NCBI GenBank assembly: GCA_965217865.1 | Contig: CBDCJO010000002.1 | Span: 736,001-800,000, forward strand | Source: Candidatus Latescibacterota bacterium | GTDB taxonomy: Bacteria; Latescibacterota; UBA2968; SICM01 | Direction: 5' to 3' | DNA length: 64,000 nt | Part shown: positions 9,902 through 20,004 of the stretch, in pieces | Numbering within the stretch: the first letter of the stretch is position 1 | Layout: each line of letters begins with the position of its first letter | The notes under the pieces: generated by a model | Told to the model about the DNA's origin: nothing | The model's input: the letters and a program-made list of their open reading frames with translations, nothing else | Databases searched by the model: none | Program-made: the position numbers and the translations under genes

Positions 9902-11755
9902 TTATTTTGCACTTTCCTCCCCTGCCTCCCCTTCCCGCATGGTCAGGAAACGATCCGCCTGAACTGACTCGAACCGTTCCACCAGGCCGCTCGGCCAGCG
10001 AATGAGAAGAGAGTCCACCTCCACGACAGATCCGATACCGAAGTGAAGTCGAAAATCCGTATGCGACATATAGCTGGATCCGCTCCGGACCTCCTTCACC
10101 TGTTTTTGCCCATCCGCCCATAAGGTCACCCGCCCCCCGATGCCGCTCCGATTGGAAAGGCGAGATTCGGATGACGGAGGTCGGATTTCGGACCCACCTC
10201 CACCCCCGACCTCTAACCCTTGACCTCCGACTTCTGACCTCTGACCTCCGACACCTGACCCCTGACCCCTGGCTCCCCCCACAAGCTTCACGGTCAACCA
10301 GTGATTCTGATTCCCCCCTTCGTTCCTCAGGAGTGTCGCCGGGCTGTTGTTGTTGTTGATAAAGATATCCACGTCTCCATCGTTGTCATAGTCCCCGAAC
10401 GTCGCTCCCCGGCTCACGCGAGGCACGGACAGGGCTTTCCCCGACGTCTCGGATACTTCCGTATATTTTCCCTTCCCCGAGTTGCGGAACAGAAGGGAAG
10501 GCTGGGCGTAGGAGCTGCCGAATAAATTTGCGTTGTGCAGAGCGTGGCCGTTGACGATATATACGTCGGGCCAACTGTCGTTGTCGTAATCCAGGAAATT
10601 GACGCCCCAGTGAACGTAAGGATACGTCGGGCGATCCAGCCCGGATGCGCTGGATGCATCCGAGAACATCCCGTTCCCTTCGTTGCGGTAAAGACCCACG
10701 CCTTCCCACTGGAAATGCGTCACGACCAGGTCCTGCCAACCGTCCCCGTCGTAGTCCCCGAAATCCGCCCCCATGCTCGCCATCGGGTAGCCCTCCACAT
10801 TGTAGGCCAGCCCCGCGAGAAGAGCGATGTCCTCGAAAGTCCCGTCTCCCCTGTTTCGATAAAAATAATCAGCCACCGTGTCGTTTGCCACATAGATGTC
10901 CACGTCCCCGTCGTTATCGTAGTCTGTGCAGACCAGTCCCATCCCCCTTCCCAAAGGGCTCAACACCCCCGCCGACTTCGTCACGTCCGTAAATGTCCCA
11001 TCACCGTTGTTGTGATACAGGCGGTCGAAGTCGCCCGGAAATATTCCTGGATGGGGATAGAACTTGGTATCGGTTGGGACGGAAGAGCTGGGGACCCCAT
11101 AGGGCAGGAGGTTATCGTAAGCAGCGAAGACCGAGTAGTCCACGTAGTTTGCGACGTAGAGGTCTAAATTACCGTCATTGTCATAATCCAAAAAGGCGCA
11201 GCCGACGCCCCACGCGAAATCTCCGGCCACACCCGCAAGCCTAGCTACATCCCTGAACGTCCCATCTCCGTTGTTGCGGAACAGGCTGTTGATGCCGTAA
11301 CACGTCACGTAGATGTCATCGTACCCGTCGTTATCGTAGTCCCCAACACAGCACCCCATCCCGTAATCCGTCACCGCCACACCCGCCGATGACGTGACAT
11401 CCGAAAAGGTCCCGTCCCCCTCGTTTCGGTAGAGCCGATTCCGCGGAAGTTTCCCTTCATAGCCGGGCAGCACACCTCCATCCACGGCAAAGATATCCAG
11501 CCAGCCGTCGTTGTCGTAGTCCAGAAACGCACAACCCGAACCCACGGTTTCGACAAAGTAACGCTCCCCGGTACCGCCGTGGATATGGCGAAAGTCAATC
11601 CCGGATGATTGTGTCACGTCCACGAAACGGGGTGGATCAGCGTCGGCCGTGAGGCTCCAGCCGAACAGCAGGAAAACCGACCACGAAAGAGAACGTGAAG
11701 CGTATCTCGTGAAGCGTGAAGCGGGAGAGTCACACCAAAAGATCACCGTTTGCAT
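9902..11755 (-). CDS. CRTAC1-family protein (FG-GAP repeats + ASPIC/UnbV)
   Basis: Repeated DYDNDGxxD motifs, FVDVTQSSGIDFRH start of mature domain, C-terminal GSSYMSHTDFRLHFGIG...IRWPSG; signal peptide. Confidence 0.9.
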   Translation of the reverse strand: MQTVIFWCDSPASRFTRYASRSLSWSVFLLFGWSLTADADPPRFVDVTQSSGIDFRHIHGGTGERYFVETVGSGCAFLDYDNDGWLDIFAVDGGVLPGYEGKLPRNRLYRNEGDGTFSDVTSSAGVAVTDYGMGCCVGDYDNDGYDDIYVTCYGINSLFRNNGDGTFRDVARLAGVAGDFAWGVGCAFLDYDNDGNLDLYVANYVDYSVFAAYDNLLPYGVPSSSVPTDTKFYPHPGIFPGDFDRLYHNNGDGTFTDVTKSAGVLSPLGRGMGLVCTDYDNDGDVDIYVANDTVADYFYRNRGDGTFEDIALLAGLAYNVEGYPMASMGADFGDYDGDGWQDLVVTHFQWEGVGLYRNEGNGMFSDASSASGLDRPTYPYVHWGVNFLDYDNDSWPDVYIVNGHALHNANLFGSSYAQPSLLFRNSGKGKYTEVSETSGKALSVPRVSRGATFGDYDNDGDVDIFINNNNSPATLLRNEGGNQNHWLTVKLVGGARGQGSGVGGQRSEVGGQGLEVGGGGGSEIRPPSSESRLSNRSGIGGRVTLWADGQKQVKEVRSGSSYMSHTDFRLHFGIGSVVEVDSLLIRWPSGLVERFESVQADRFLTMREGEAGEESAK

Positions 11756-11778
11756 TTTTCATTTTCCATTTTCCATTT

Positions 11779-13668
11779 TCACTTTGCAATTTCCTCCCCT
11801 GCCTCCCCTTCCCGTACCACGATAAATCGGTTAGCAGGAACCTTTCCAATGCGGCTAACCAGACCGCTCGGCCATCGAATCCGAACCGAATCTGCCATCG
11901 CTGCCGATCCGAGCCCAAAGTGAAGCCGAAAGTCGTTCTGCGATAGGTAGCTCGATCCGCTCCGGACCTCTTTCACCTGTTGCCGCCCATCCGTCCACAC
12001 CGTCACCCGCGCGCCGATGCCATTCCGATTCGAAAGGTGGGGGCTGGATGCCGGATGTCGGATGTCGGGGCCACCCCCATCCCTGACCCTTGCCCCCTGA
12101 CTTCTGACCTCCGACCTCTGACCCCCGACCAACTTCACCATCAACCAGTGATTCCGATTCCCTCCGTCGTTCCTCAGGAGCGTCGCCGGGCTGTTATTGT
12201 TGTTGATGAAGACATCCACGTCGCCGTCATTGTCAAAATCCCCGAATGCGGCCCCTCTTCCCACCGCGGCCGATTCGAATCCGGAACCGGCCTCATCTGA
12301 GATATCCACAAACCGTCCCTTCCCCGTATTTCGCAGGAGGAGGCGGCGCTGTCTATAGGCAGCGCCGGGGTCGAACAGATCGATGTTATCCAGAACGTGT
12401 CCGTTCACAGAGAAGAGGTCCGACCAACCATCGTTGTCACAGTCCACAAAGGACACCCCCCATCCCAGCCTCTTTAGACTCGGCCCCCGGACGCCTGAAG
12501 GCATCGAGATATCCGAAAAATATGTGCTCCCTTCGTTCCGGTAGAGCGAAACCCCTTCATCCTGGAAATTCGTCACGACCAGATCCGGAAGACCGTCTCC
12601 GTCGTAATCCCCGGCATCCACTCCCATGCTGGCCTGTGCGCCGCCAACCTCGTTGTAACCCACACCGGAGTAGAGCCCCACCTCCTCGAAGATCCAATCT
12701 CCTCCTCCGCTTCCCCCCGGATTTGGAGTTGCGGATTTCGGATTGCGGGCTCTCCCGTCATTCCGGAACAGGAAATTCGGGGTCATGTCGTTGCCCACAA
12801 AAAGGTCGGAATCCCCGTCTTCATCGAAGTCCAGGGCCACCGCTCCCAGGCCTTTCCCGGTATGCCTGCCCAGACCCGGATCCTGGTCCGAAAACGTCCC
12901 GTCCCCGTTGTTTCTATAGAGGATGCCCGGGAGCCCCGGAAAATTAATCGGATGCGGGTATGAGCGCTCTTCCGGCCTCTCGGAGGCGGCCCGTTCCGCT
13001 ACACTGGTCGCGTAGGGGGTCAGATCCCGTTCCGCGTCGGACAGTTCGTAGATCAGGTACCCGGCGATGAAAAGGTCCAGATATCCGTCCCCGTCATAGT
13101 CGAAAAAGACGCACCCGGTATTCCAGGGGGTATGCCCTTTTGGGAGCCGGGAATGGATGCCCGCGCTCTCCGAGACCTCGGAAAAAGTTCCGTCCCCCTC
13201 GTTGTGAAAGAGCGAGTTCCTTCCATAGGCTGTGACCAGCAGGTCGTCGAATCCATCGTTATCGTAATCCCCGACACAACACCCCATTCCATAATCCGTC
13301 ACGCCCACCCCGGCATGCTTTGTGACATCCCGGAACCTCCCATCCCCTTCGTTGCGATAAAGGGCGTTGATGGGGCGCTCACCGGTGTATCCGGGAAGAC
13401 GCCCGCCGTTGACAGCGAAGATATCCAACCATCCGTCGTTATCGTAGTCCAGCGCAGCGCATCCCGCCCCCATCGTCTCAACGAAATACTTCTTTCCCGT
13501 CCCCCCGTGAATGTGCCGGAAGTCTATGCCGGAACTGGCGGTTACGTCTAAAAAACGGATCGGTATGCCTTCATCCGCAAAGGATGTAATATATGACGCA
13601 AATAACAAAATGCAAATGAATTTCACGATAAAACCTGAGGACTCAAGTAGCTTGGCAAGGACAGCCAA
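11779..13668 (-). CDS. CRTAC1-family protein (FG-GAP repeats + ASPIC/UnbV)
   Basis: DYDNDG repeats and GSSYLSQNDFRLHFGLG...IRWPSG; paralog of the neighbour; start uncertain. Confidence 0.88.
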   Translation of the reverse strand: MAVLAKLLESSGFIVKFICILLFASYITSFADEGIPIRFLDVTASSGIDFRHIHGGTGKKYFVETMGAGCAALDYDNDGWLDIFAVNGGRLPGYTGERPINALYRNEGDGRFRDVTKHAGVGVTDYGMGCCVGDYDNDGFDDLLVTAYGRNSLFHNEGDGTFSEVSESAGIHSRLPKGHTPWNTGCVFFDYDGDGYLDLFIAGYLIYELSDAERDLTPYATSVAERAASERPEERSYPHPINFPGLPGILYRNNGDGTFSDQDPGLGRHTGKGLGAVALDFDEDGDSDLFVGNDMTPNFLFRNDGRARNPKSATPNPGGSGGGDWIFEEVGLYSGVGYNEVGGAQASMGVDAGDYDGDGLPDLVVTNFQDEGVSLYRNEGSTYFSDISMPSGVRGPSLKRLGWGVSFVDCDNDGWSDLFSVNGHVLDNIDLFDPGAAYRQRRLLLRNTGKGRFVDISDEAGSGFESAAVGRGAAFGDFDNDGDVDVFINNNNSPATLLRNDGGNRNHWLMVKLVGGQRSEVRSQGARVRDGGGPDIRHPASSPHLSNRNGIGARVTVWTDGRQQVKEVRSGSSYLSQNDFRLHFGLGSAAMADSVRIRWPSGLVSRIGKVPANRFIVVREGEAGEEIAK

Positions 13669-13680
13669 AAACGGGTGGGG

Positions 13681-14111
13681 GTAGGAGCGCGCTCCTGATG
13701 GCGAACAGGAATGGGTTTTCGCCGCCGGGAGTTTGTGATTCGTTTATGATCTATGCGGATTTATTGAGGAGTGGTCAATCCAATCGCGTAACCGTTTCAT
13801 ATCACCAATTCAACTGACCGACCTGTTTCCGGGAGGGCCCGCGGCCGCGCGGGCAGTAATTGGTTAACCGATGGGGATAACGCCTTCCCCCTAATCAAAT
13901 CCCATCACCATTACAATTCATGCATTTCCCAGAAAACCGCCAAACCTTTGACCCCATTGGGAATCTCGAAACCCCTGACCTTAACGGCCGGGATGTTAGC
14001 GGACGCCGAGGCCGGCGTCCCTCCCATCTATTCGCGTCACCGTTTCATATGTCCAATTCAACTGAACCGACCAGGTTCTGGAGGTTTTCGCCGCCGGGAG
14101 GCGGCTCCTAC
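13681..14111. repeat. GTAG-type REP pair enclosing a ~40 bp direct repeat
   Basis: GTAGGAGCGCGCTCC at 13681 and GGGAGGCGGCTCCTAC ending 14111; TCGCGT(A/C)ACCGTTTCATAT..CCAATTCAACTGA(A)CCGACC at ~13784 and ~14032. Confidence 0.6.
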
Positions 14112-14242
14112 CATACTGGCTTTGACTTTATTTTTCACCATACCCCCATTCTCCCAACCCCTGCTTTTTACATTTCTTGGTACTGCCACCTGCTACTGCC
14201 TTTCCTGACTTCCGACCCCTGCCTCTGACCCCCCCCCCCGCC

Positions 14243-15748
14243 TCATTCGGTCCGCTTGAACAGAAAGACCCCCTTTTTCGTCTCGACCAGTCCGCTGAGC
14301 TCCCCGATCTTCAGATCCTTAATTGCTTCATAAATTTGATGCTCCATGTCCGAGGGCAGGACGAATCCAAGATCCTGTCCCTGGAACTTCGTGCCCTTCT
14401 CGATCCGTGCGCGCATGGCGGCACCCTTCTCGCGGGACGACGCCAGGATCATCGACAGCCGGATTTTACCCGCCTTAATGGCCTGTTCCCTCCTGACCTC
14501 GGACCCGACGCGTCCCCGCTCCGATTCCCGTTTCTGGGCCTTCACGATCTGGATCGCATCCCGAATTCGGAGATCGCCGGGGGAGATCCTCAGGGCGTCC
14601 TTGAAGACCTCCTCCGCCATTTCCCATCGTCCTGATGAGGCATAGGCCACACCCAGGTTGTAATAGGATCCTGTAAACTCCGGCCGAACGCGGATCGCCT
14701 CCCGGTACACGGATGTGGCCTCATCGAACTGCCCCCGTTCCGTGTAGAGGTTCCCCAGGTTGTTGTAGGCTTCCACCAGGCCTGGCTGGACGCCGATCGC
14801 CTTCCGGTACGCGGAGACCGCATCCTCGAAGCGCTCGATCTCCCGATAGACGTTTCCCAGGTTCACGTACGCCGCCCCATAATCCGGGCTCACCAACACG
14901 GCGCGTCGGTAGGACGCCACGGCTTGATCTAAGCGTCCCGCAGCCCGGTGACCGTTTCCGATGCCATACTGCGCCTCCGCGTAGTCCGGGGCGATCCGCG
15001 CGGCATCCGAGTAAGCCTCGAAGGCCTTCTCCGGACGCCCCTTCTGGGACAGAAGGCTGCCGTAAAGATAGAGGGCCTCCGCGTGTCCCGGATTCAGGCG
15101 AACGGCCTCTTCACAAACCGCAATCGACCTGTCGGTCCGGCCCAGGCCGCTCAGCGCAAGCGCGAAGAGATACTGCGCGTCTGCGTCCCCCTGCCGCGCC
15201 CTTGCGGCCTTCTGTGAGGCCTTCAAGAACCCTCGCCTTGCCCGTTCCGGCCCCGGGTCGATCCGGATGGCTACCCGGTATGCGGCCGCGGACCCATCGT
15301 AGTCCCCTTCACACCACAAGGCGTCCCCAATGCCCGCGTAAGCTTCAATATCGTAGGGGTTCAGAATCAGGTTTCGGCGGCAGACCTCCAGGGCCTCCTT
15401 GCACCGGCCCAACCCGATCAACCCGGCGGCATGACCGTGAAGCGCTACCAGATCCTCCGGGTCGAACCAGAGGATAGCCCGGCTCGCCTTGACCAAGGCC
15501 GAGCAGATATCGGGGTCCCTTGGGGAAAGGCGATGGGCCTCCCGGCACGACGCCAGGGCCTTGTAGGTCATCCCCTCACGGAGGTGCTGCTCCCCTTTTA
15601 GGAGGTGATCCCTGGCCGTGGGCGTTGCCCCGAACGATGGAACGGAGATGGCCGTGAGCAGGAGGGGAAAACAGAAATTGAAAATTGAAAATTGAAAATT
15701 GCGAATATTGAATGAATTCAAGTTCAATACCGGTGATGGAGATATCAA
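14243..15748 (-). CDS. Exported TPR protein with C-terminal degenerate parvulin (PpiC-like) domain
   Basis: 34-aa TPRs (AEAQYGIG, AYVNLGNVY, AYNNLGNLY); C-terminus DLGFV...LKIGELSGLVETKKGVFLFKR. Confidence 0.8.
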   Translation of the reverse strand: MISPSPVLNLNSFNIRNFQFSIFNFCFPLLLTAISVPSFGATPTARDHLLKGEQHLREGMTYKALASCREAHRLSPRDPDICSALVKASRAILWFDPEDLVALHGHAAGLIGLGRCKEALEVCRRNLILNPYDIEAYAGIGDALWCEGDYDGSAAAYRVAIRIDPGPERARRGFLKASQKAARARQGDADAQYLFALALSGLGRTDRSIAVCEEAVRLNPGHAEALYLYGSLLSQKGRPEKAFEAYSDAARIAPDYAEAQYGIGNGHRAAGRLDQAVASYRRAVLVSPDYGAAYVNLGNVYREIERFEDAVSAYRKAIGVQPGLVEAYNNLGNLYTERGQFDEATSVYREAIRVRPEFTGSYYNLGVAYASSGRWEMAEEVFKDALRISPGDLRIRDAIQIVKAQKRESERGRVGSEVRREQAIKAGKIRLSMILASSREKGAAMRARIEKGTKFQGQDLGFVLPSDMEHQIYEAIKDLKIGELSGLVETKKGVFLFKRTE

Positions 15749-15821
15749 ATCAAAAGATCGTTTTCGCCGCCAGGATTCTCTTTTTTACAAATTCCTTCTT
15801 GAAACCCCTCCCCCGGCCCCT

Positions 15822-16061
15822 CCCCTACACCAATTTTGTTTGCCCGCCCGATTCTCGTATTGGGCGAGGCGATACCTCGCCCGGTGATTCGTCCACATCC
15901 CTTCGACGGGCGACCACATCGGGTCGCCCCTACGCCAAATCATTGGGCCTTGGGGGCTAGGTGATGCCTGATCGAATTATGTCTGTTCGTCAAAACTATC
16001 CTGAATTTGATTGGCCTCGATAGGGGCACGGCATGCCGTGCCCCTACACCAATTTTATTTG
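15822..16061. repeat. GTAG-REP composite unit (family A, period ~219 bp)
   Basis: Palindromes GGGCGACCACATCGGGTCGCCCCTAC and TAGGGGCACGGCATGCCGTGCCCCTAC; CCCCTACACCAATTTT at both ends. Confidence 0.75.
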
Positions 16062-16087
16062 TCCACCCGCCCCCCCCATCCACCGAT

Positions 16088-16133
16088 AAAAAGACGGGCA
16101 CCCTTCGCCTCCGCGAGGCAAAGGATGCCCGTC
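16088..16133 (-). terminator. Rho-independent terminator after the PorV-family gene
   Basis: Minus strand GACGGGCATCCTTTGCCTCGCGGAGGCGAAGGGTGCCCGTC followed by TTTTT. Confidence 0.75.
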
Positions 16134-16159
16134 AGATCCATCACACCCCTACGGTTGTC

Positions 16160-17251
16160 CTAGAAATTCACCGATCCGGACACAATCTGGACCGCATCGA
16201 AGAATTTGTCGTTGAACCGCTTATAGGCGTAGTCGACGCTGACACCGCGCCCGTTCGGGGCGACGTAATCAAGTCCACCGCCCACGGAATAGGTTTCGGT
16301 GTCGTGGTTGAACCGGTAGCCCACACGCGCCGAAAACTTGATCGGCTGGTCCGGGGCCTGATAGGTATACTCACCGGCCACCAGCGGCCGCTCGTTCGCG
16401 TCGAACGGCTTCTCCACGTCGAAGTAGATCATCGCCTTCTGGTTTTCACGTGGATTTTCCGTCAACGCCAGAATGTCCGCGCTGAAGGCCATCGCCGCAC
16501 GACGCGGGGGCTCGAGCGCGTCCCCCTGGTAGTCCGTCGAACGGGCGAAGTTGTTCACGTTCAAGCCGATGGCGACGCTCCGGAAACCTGTGTTGAAGTA
16601 GGTCCCCAAGTCTATCGAATAGTTGGTCTTCTCGTTCTCGATGGTCGTCGGGTTGTTCAGCAGGTCCAGGATCCTGCCCGATCCCAGGTTCTGCCGGAAC
16701 ACCTTCACCGAGCCTCCGATCGAGAACCGGTCTGTGATCTTTCGGGCATATCCGCCAACGGCCATATATTCCTTGACCTTGAACGAAGTCGTCAGGTCGA
16801 AGCCCGAGTTGGAGGCCGAGTTGACGGCCGTCCCTTGGGCACTCCCGTTTTCCACGGACATAAACCCGAACCCGAAAGCGTTCACCCCGTCCACGTTGTA
16901 GACGAGCCCCCCGTGTTCGTACGTGATGTCCGCGATCCACTCCGTGTGTCCGCCGAACGCCTGACCGGTCTGGGCCTTCATGAAGGCCAGACCCGCCGGG
17001 TTCCAGAACAGCCCGTGGGCGTCTCCCGTCAACGTGGAGACCGCACCCGAGAGGGCGCCCGCACGGGCCCCCAAAGGATACGAGAGAAATTTGAAGCCTA
17101 CCCGCCCAACTCGCTCAAGGATCGCGACTGGATAGGTCGGGAAGTCATCCCCGGGAAGCGGTGCTTCGCGGCCTCTCGGGACTTGTCCCTCGGCGGTTCC
17201 GGTGCCGTTTAACAGCATGGCGGCCGCCATCAGACATAGCATCTTGCGCAT
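16160..17251 (-). CDS. PorV/PorQ-family outer-membrane beta-barrel
   Basis: Signal peptide; GFKFLSYPLGARAGALSG...FWNPAGLA motif; C-terminal Phe. Confidence 0.85.
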   Translation of the reverse strand: MRKMLCLMAAAMLLNGTGTAEGQVPRGREAPLPGDDFPTYPVAILERVGRVGFKFLSYPLGARAGALSGAVSTLTGDAHGLFWNPAGLAFMKAQTGQAFGGHTEWIADITYEHGGLVYNVDGVNAFGFGFMSVENGSAQGTAVNSASNSGFDLTTSFKVKEYMAVGGYARKITDRFSIGGSVKVFRQNLGSGRILDLLNNPTTIENEKTNYSIDLGTYFNTGFRSVAIGLNVNNFARSTDYQGDALEPPRRAAMAFSADILALTENPRENQKAMIYFDVEKPFDANERPLVAGEYTYQAPDQPIKFSARVGYRFNHDTETYSVGGGLDYVAPNGRGVSVDYAYKRFNDKFFDAVQIVSGSVNF

Positions 17252-17284
17252 GTTAATGCTCTCCTTATTAAACGCGTTCAGGCC

Positions 17285-19825
17285 TTACCGAACTATGACC
17301 AGCCTCAGCATTACGGTCTCTGTCGGATTGTCATCGTTCTGGATATGGCACAGGTAGAGGCCTGACGCCGGCCGCTGATTGTTGTCCGTTACCAGGTACC
17401 AGGATTCCTCACCGGTCCCGTCGGTGTGTTTGAGCGTGTTGATCAGATCTCCTCCGGTCGAGAAGATGTTGATCGTAGCCCGCGCCGGCAAGTTGATAAA
17501 CTTAACCGAGTTCTGGGCGTTGGTGTTGCCCGAGAAGAGGAACCCACCGTCCGACTCCTGTCCGCCCTGGCGGTTGTAGGGGTTCGGGACCACCACCACA
17601 GCGTTCACCCACGCAGTGGAAGGCCCACGAAGCGGAGCCACCGGATTCGTGGCAAGGGTCATCATCTGGGTACCTTCCCGTCCCTGCCCATCCACCGCTG
17701 CCACGGCGTAGTAGTAGTCCGTGCCGCGCTCCACTTTCGTGTCGTCATACGTCAGGCCCGTCACGTTCGCGACGAACCGGCGCTGCTTGCCGTAATCCAC
17801 GAAGGTCCGGTAGATGTTGTAGGAGGTCGCGCCCGGCGCCGCCTCCCAGGAGAGGATATTCTTTCCCGGGGCGCCCTGGTAATTGACCACGGCCGGATAC
17901 CCGATGAAGGTCGGATACTTCGGGCCGAAGAAGCCCGAAGCGATCCCAGCCGCCCAGACCTCCTTCACATCGGCCGCCTCTGCGTAGAGCGAGTCAAAGG
18001 CGCTGTTCAAATAGAAGTGCTTGTCGTGCTCGGTGAAGGCCTGGCCGGCCTTGGCCGAGAACGTGTCCTTCCATTGTGAAAAGGTCTGCAGGTGGTCCCA
18101 GCTGTCGAACAGGTCCGCGAACGTGTCCAGCTGGCTCCGCGTCAGCCAGGTCTTCTTCGCATACATCTGACCGAAGATCTGGTTGAGGGATCGATCGTTC
18201 CCCGCCGCCATAAACGCCATCGCGACGTGGACATATTGATTGAACGGAACGTCCCACGGACCGAAGTACTGGTAAAAATTCATCGTCACATCATCCCAGC
18301 CCTGGCTCGCCTTCGTGTAATCCAGGGATGAGTGGTCCAACCCGTCCTGCCACTTCCCGGCCGGTGCCTCTGTGATCGACTTGTTCGTCACCTGCCAATT
18401 CCCGGCCCATGAAGGTCGGTCTACCCAGGCGTTGTTCAGGTGCGTCCCGGTCCGGTCCGCTCGCGTGGGACCCGCTCTGTCGCCCCGCCGGAATTCGTAG
18501 GCCTCCTGGGGGCTCGAGTCCAGCGCCGACGCCCCTGCCGCTGTGCCCACCCGTATCGTATAGGGCTGCTCGCCTTCCGTGCCCTCGCCCGTCACGAGCC
18601 AGTTCGCGGCCAGGTTGGCCGCGTTCAGATCATTCGGGCTGTCCCGCGTCGGTGACGCGCGGTTCGCCACCGGGGTCTCGTCGATGTGAAGCGGCATGGT
18701 CCCGCCCGTATCCGCATCCGTAAACTCGCCAGGGGTCATCTTGCGGGGAATGAAATTCCACGCCGTCCACTGCGGACCCAACGACCAGATCTGGTCTCCC
18801 CGGTTCGGACGCGTCACCAGGTTCTCGTCATCCCCGTCGGTTCCCCAGAGGATCTTGTTGGTGTCATCGTAATTAAAGTGATCCTCACCCCGCGACCCGG
18901 TCTGGAACCCACCTTCGTAAAAACTCGCAGCCCCCTGATTCTTGGCCGCGATGTCGTAGACCGACAATCCCCCGGGAGCCCTATTCTCCCCGATCATCAT
19001 ACCGCCAAGTGTGGGCTCCTCGGCCGTGATCTCCGCCGGAACTACGGTCGATGCGTGCACCGCGGTCCCGCCCGAGCCCGGTGAGAAAAAGCCGTCCTGA
19101 CCCGGGAAAAGGGGCACACGGCCGGTGTACTGAACGGTCCAGGTCTGGATGACGTGGTCCGTGTAATCAGCCACGCCAGAACCGTAGAGCCAGGCGTCCA
19201 ACTCTGTGCCCGGACCATTGAGGACCCTGACGTAAGCCGCATCGTCCACCAGGAGGGCCGCATTCACGCGGTCTCCGTCCTCAGCGAAGAGGACCTGGTC
19301 CGCGGTCGACGGACGATGGGAAAACTGGCGAACCGTCCGGTCCCTGAATCCGGACCCGTCACCCGCATCCACGTTGACCGTCGGGGGCGTTTGCTTAAAT
19401 ATGTGGGTCACAATACCGCGACCCGCCAGCGGGTTGGGGGACTCGTTGATGTTCGTCCCACCCGTGGGTATCATCCCGGCCGGAGTTTCGACAACCCCGT
19501 AGTCCGTCGTTCCCTGAACTGACGTATCCCCCGGCCATTCGTCCGGGTAGCGATAGCTCTCCGCGATGATATCGTTGAAAAGGCTGCTCCCGTTCCAGAC
19601 GGCCATCTCGTAGTTCCCGAACGAAGACTGCATGTCGTCGTTCTCGGAGCTGTATCTTAGCCAGTTGATCGACGCGTCGCGGGTTAAGCCACCATTGCTC
19701 AACGCCAACCCGGCTCCTATGTAGGCGGACCCTACCCCCTTGGCCCATCGGTTCTGGGAGAGTGCCTCCTCCGGGAGCGCCGCCAGAGCAACAGCCATAA
19801 GCAACGCAATTATCACTCTATACAT
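17285..19825 (-). CDS. Exported protein with Fn3-like domain and T9SS type-A-like C-terminal sorting domain
   Basis: ATG 19825 with AGGAGG RBS; signal peptide; LSWEAAPGATSYNIYR...YYYAVAAVD; VVVVPNPY...KFINLP...IFSTGGDLI...ASGLYLCHI...LVIVR. Confidence 0.8.
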   Translation of the reverse strand: MYRVIIALLMAVALAALPEEALSQNRWAKGVGSAYIGAGLALSNGGLTRDASINWLRYSSENDDMQSSFGNYEMAVWNGSSLFNDIIAESYRYPDEWPGDTSVQGTTDYGVVETPAGMIPTGGTNINESPNPLAGRGIVTHIFKQTPPTVNVDAGDGSGFRDRTVRQFSHRPSTADQVLFAEDGDRVNAALLVDDAAYVRVLNGPGTELDAWLYGSGVADYTDHVIQTWTVQYTGRVPLFPGQDGFFSPGSGGTAVHASTVVPAEITAEEPTLGGMMIGENRAPGGLSVYDIAAKNQGAASFYEGGFQTGSRGEDHFNYDDTNKILWGTDGDDENLVTRPNRGDQIWSLGPQWTAWNFIPRKMTPGEFTDADTGGTMPLHIDETPVANRASPTRDSPNDLNAANLAANWLVTGEGTEGEQPYTIRVGTAAGASALDSSPQEAYEFRRGDRAGPTRADRTGTHLNNAWVDRPSWAGNWQVTNKSITEAPAGKWQDGLDHSSLDYTKASQGWDDVTMNFYQYFGPWDVPFNQYVHVAMAFMAAGNDRSLNQIFGQMYAKKTWLTRSQLDTFADLFDSWDHLQTFSQWKDTFSAKAGQAFTEHDKHFYLNSAFDSLYAEAADVKEVWAAGIASGFFGPKYPTFIGYPAVVNYQGAPGKNILSWEAAPGATSYNIYRTFVDYGKQRRFVANVTGLTYDDTKVERGTDYYYAVAAVDGQGREGTQMMTLATNPVAPLRGPSTAWVNAVVVVPNPYNRQGGQESDGGFLFSGNTNAQNSVKFINLPARATINIFSTGGDLINTLKHTDGTGEESWYLVTDNNQRPASGLYLCHIQNDDNPTETVMLRLVIVR

Positions 19826-19912
19826 AGTTCCTCCTGTCAAAGACCTTATCCCCGGAGGCGCGGTGCGCCTCCGTGCCCCTCACCAAATCCGTGTGGCTTG
19901 GCGGGGGGGGAC

Positions 19913-19998
19913 AGGGGCGCGGCTTCCCGCGGCCCCTGCCTCAAAGGCCTGTATCGATACACCGCCAGGGGCGCGGGCTTCCCCGCGCCCCTGGCAGG
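19913..19998. repeat. Two GC-rich intercistronic hairpins
   Basis: AGGGGCGCGGCTTCCCGCGGCCCCT and CCAGGGGCGCGGGCTTCCCCGCGCCCCTGG between the TBDR and CTD genes. Confidence 0.55.
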
Positions 19999-20004
19999 CA
20001 GTCT

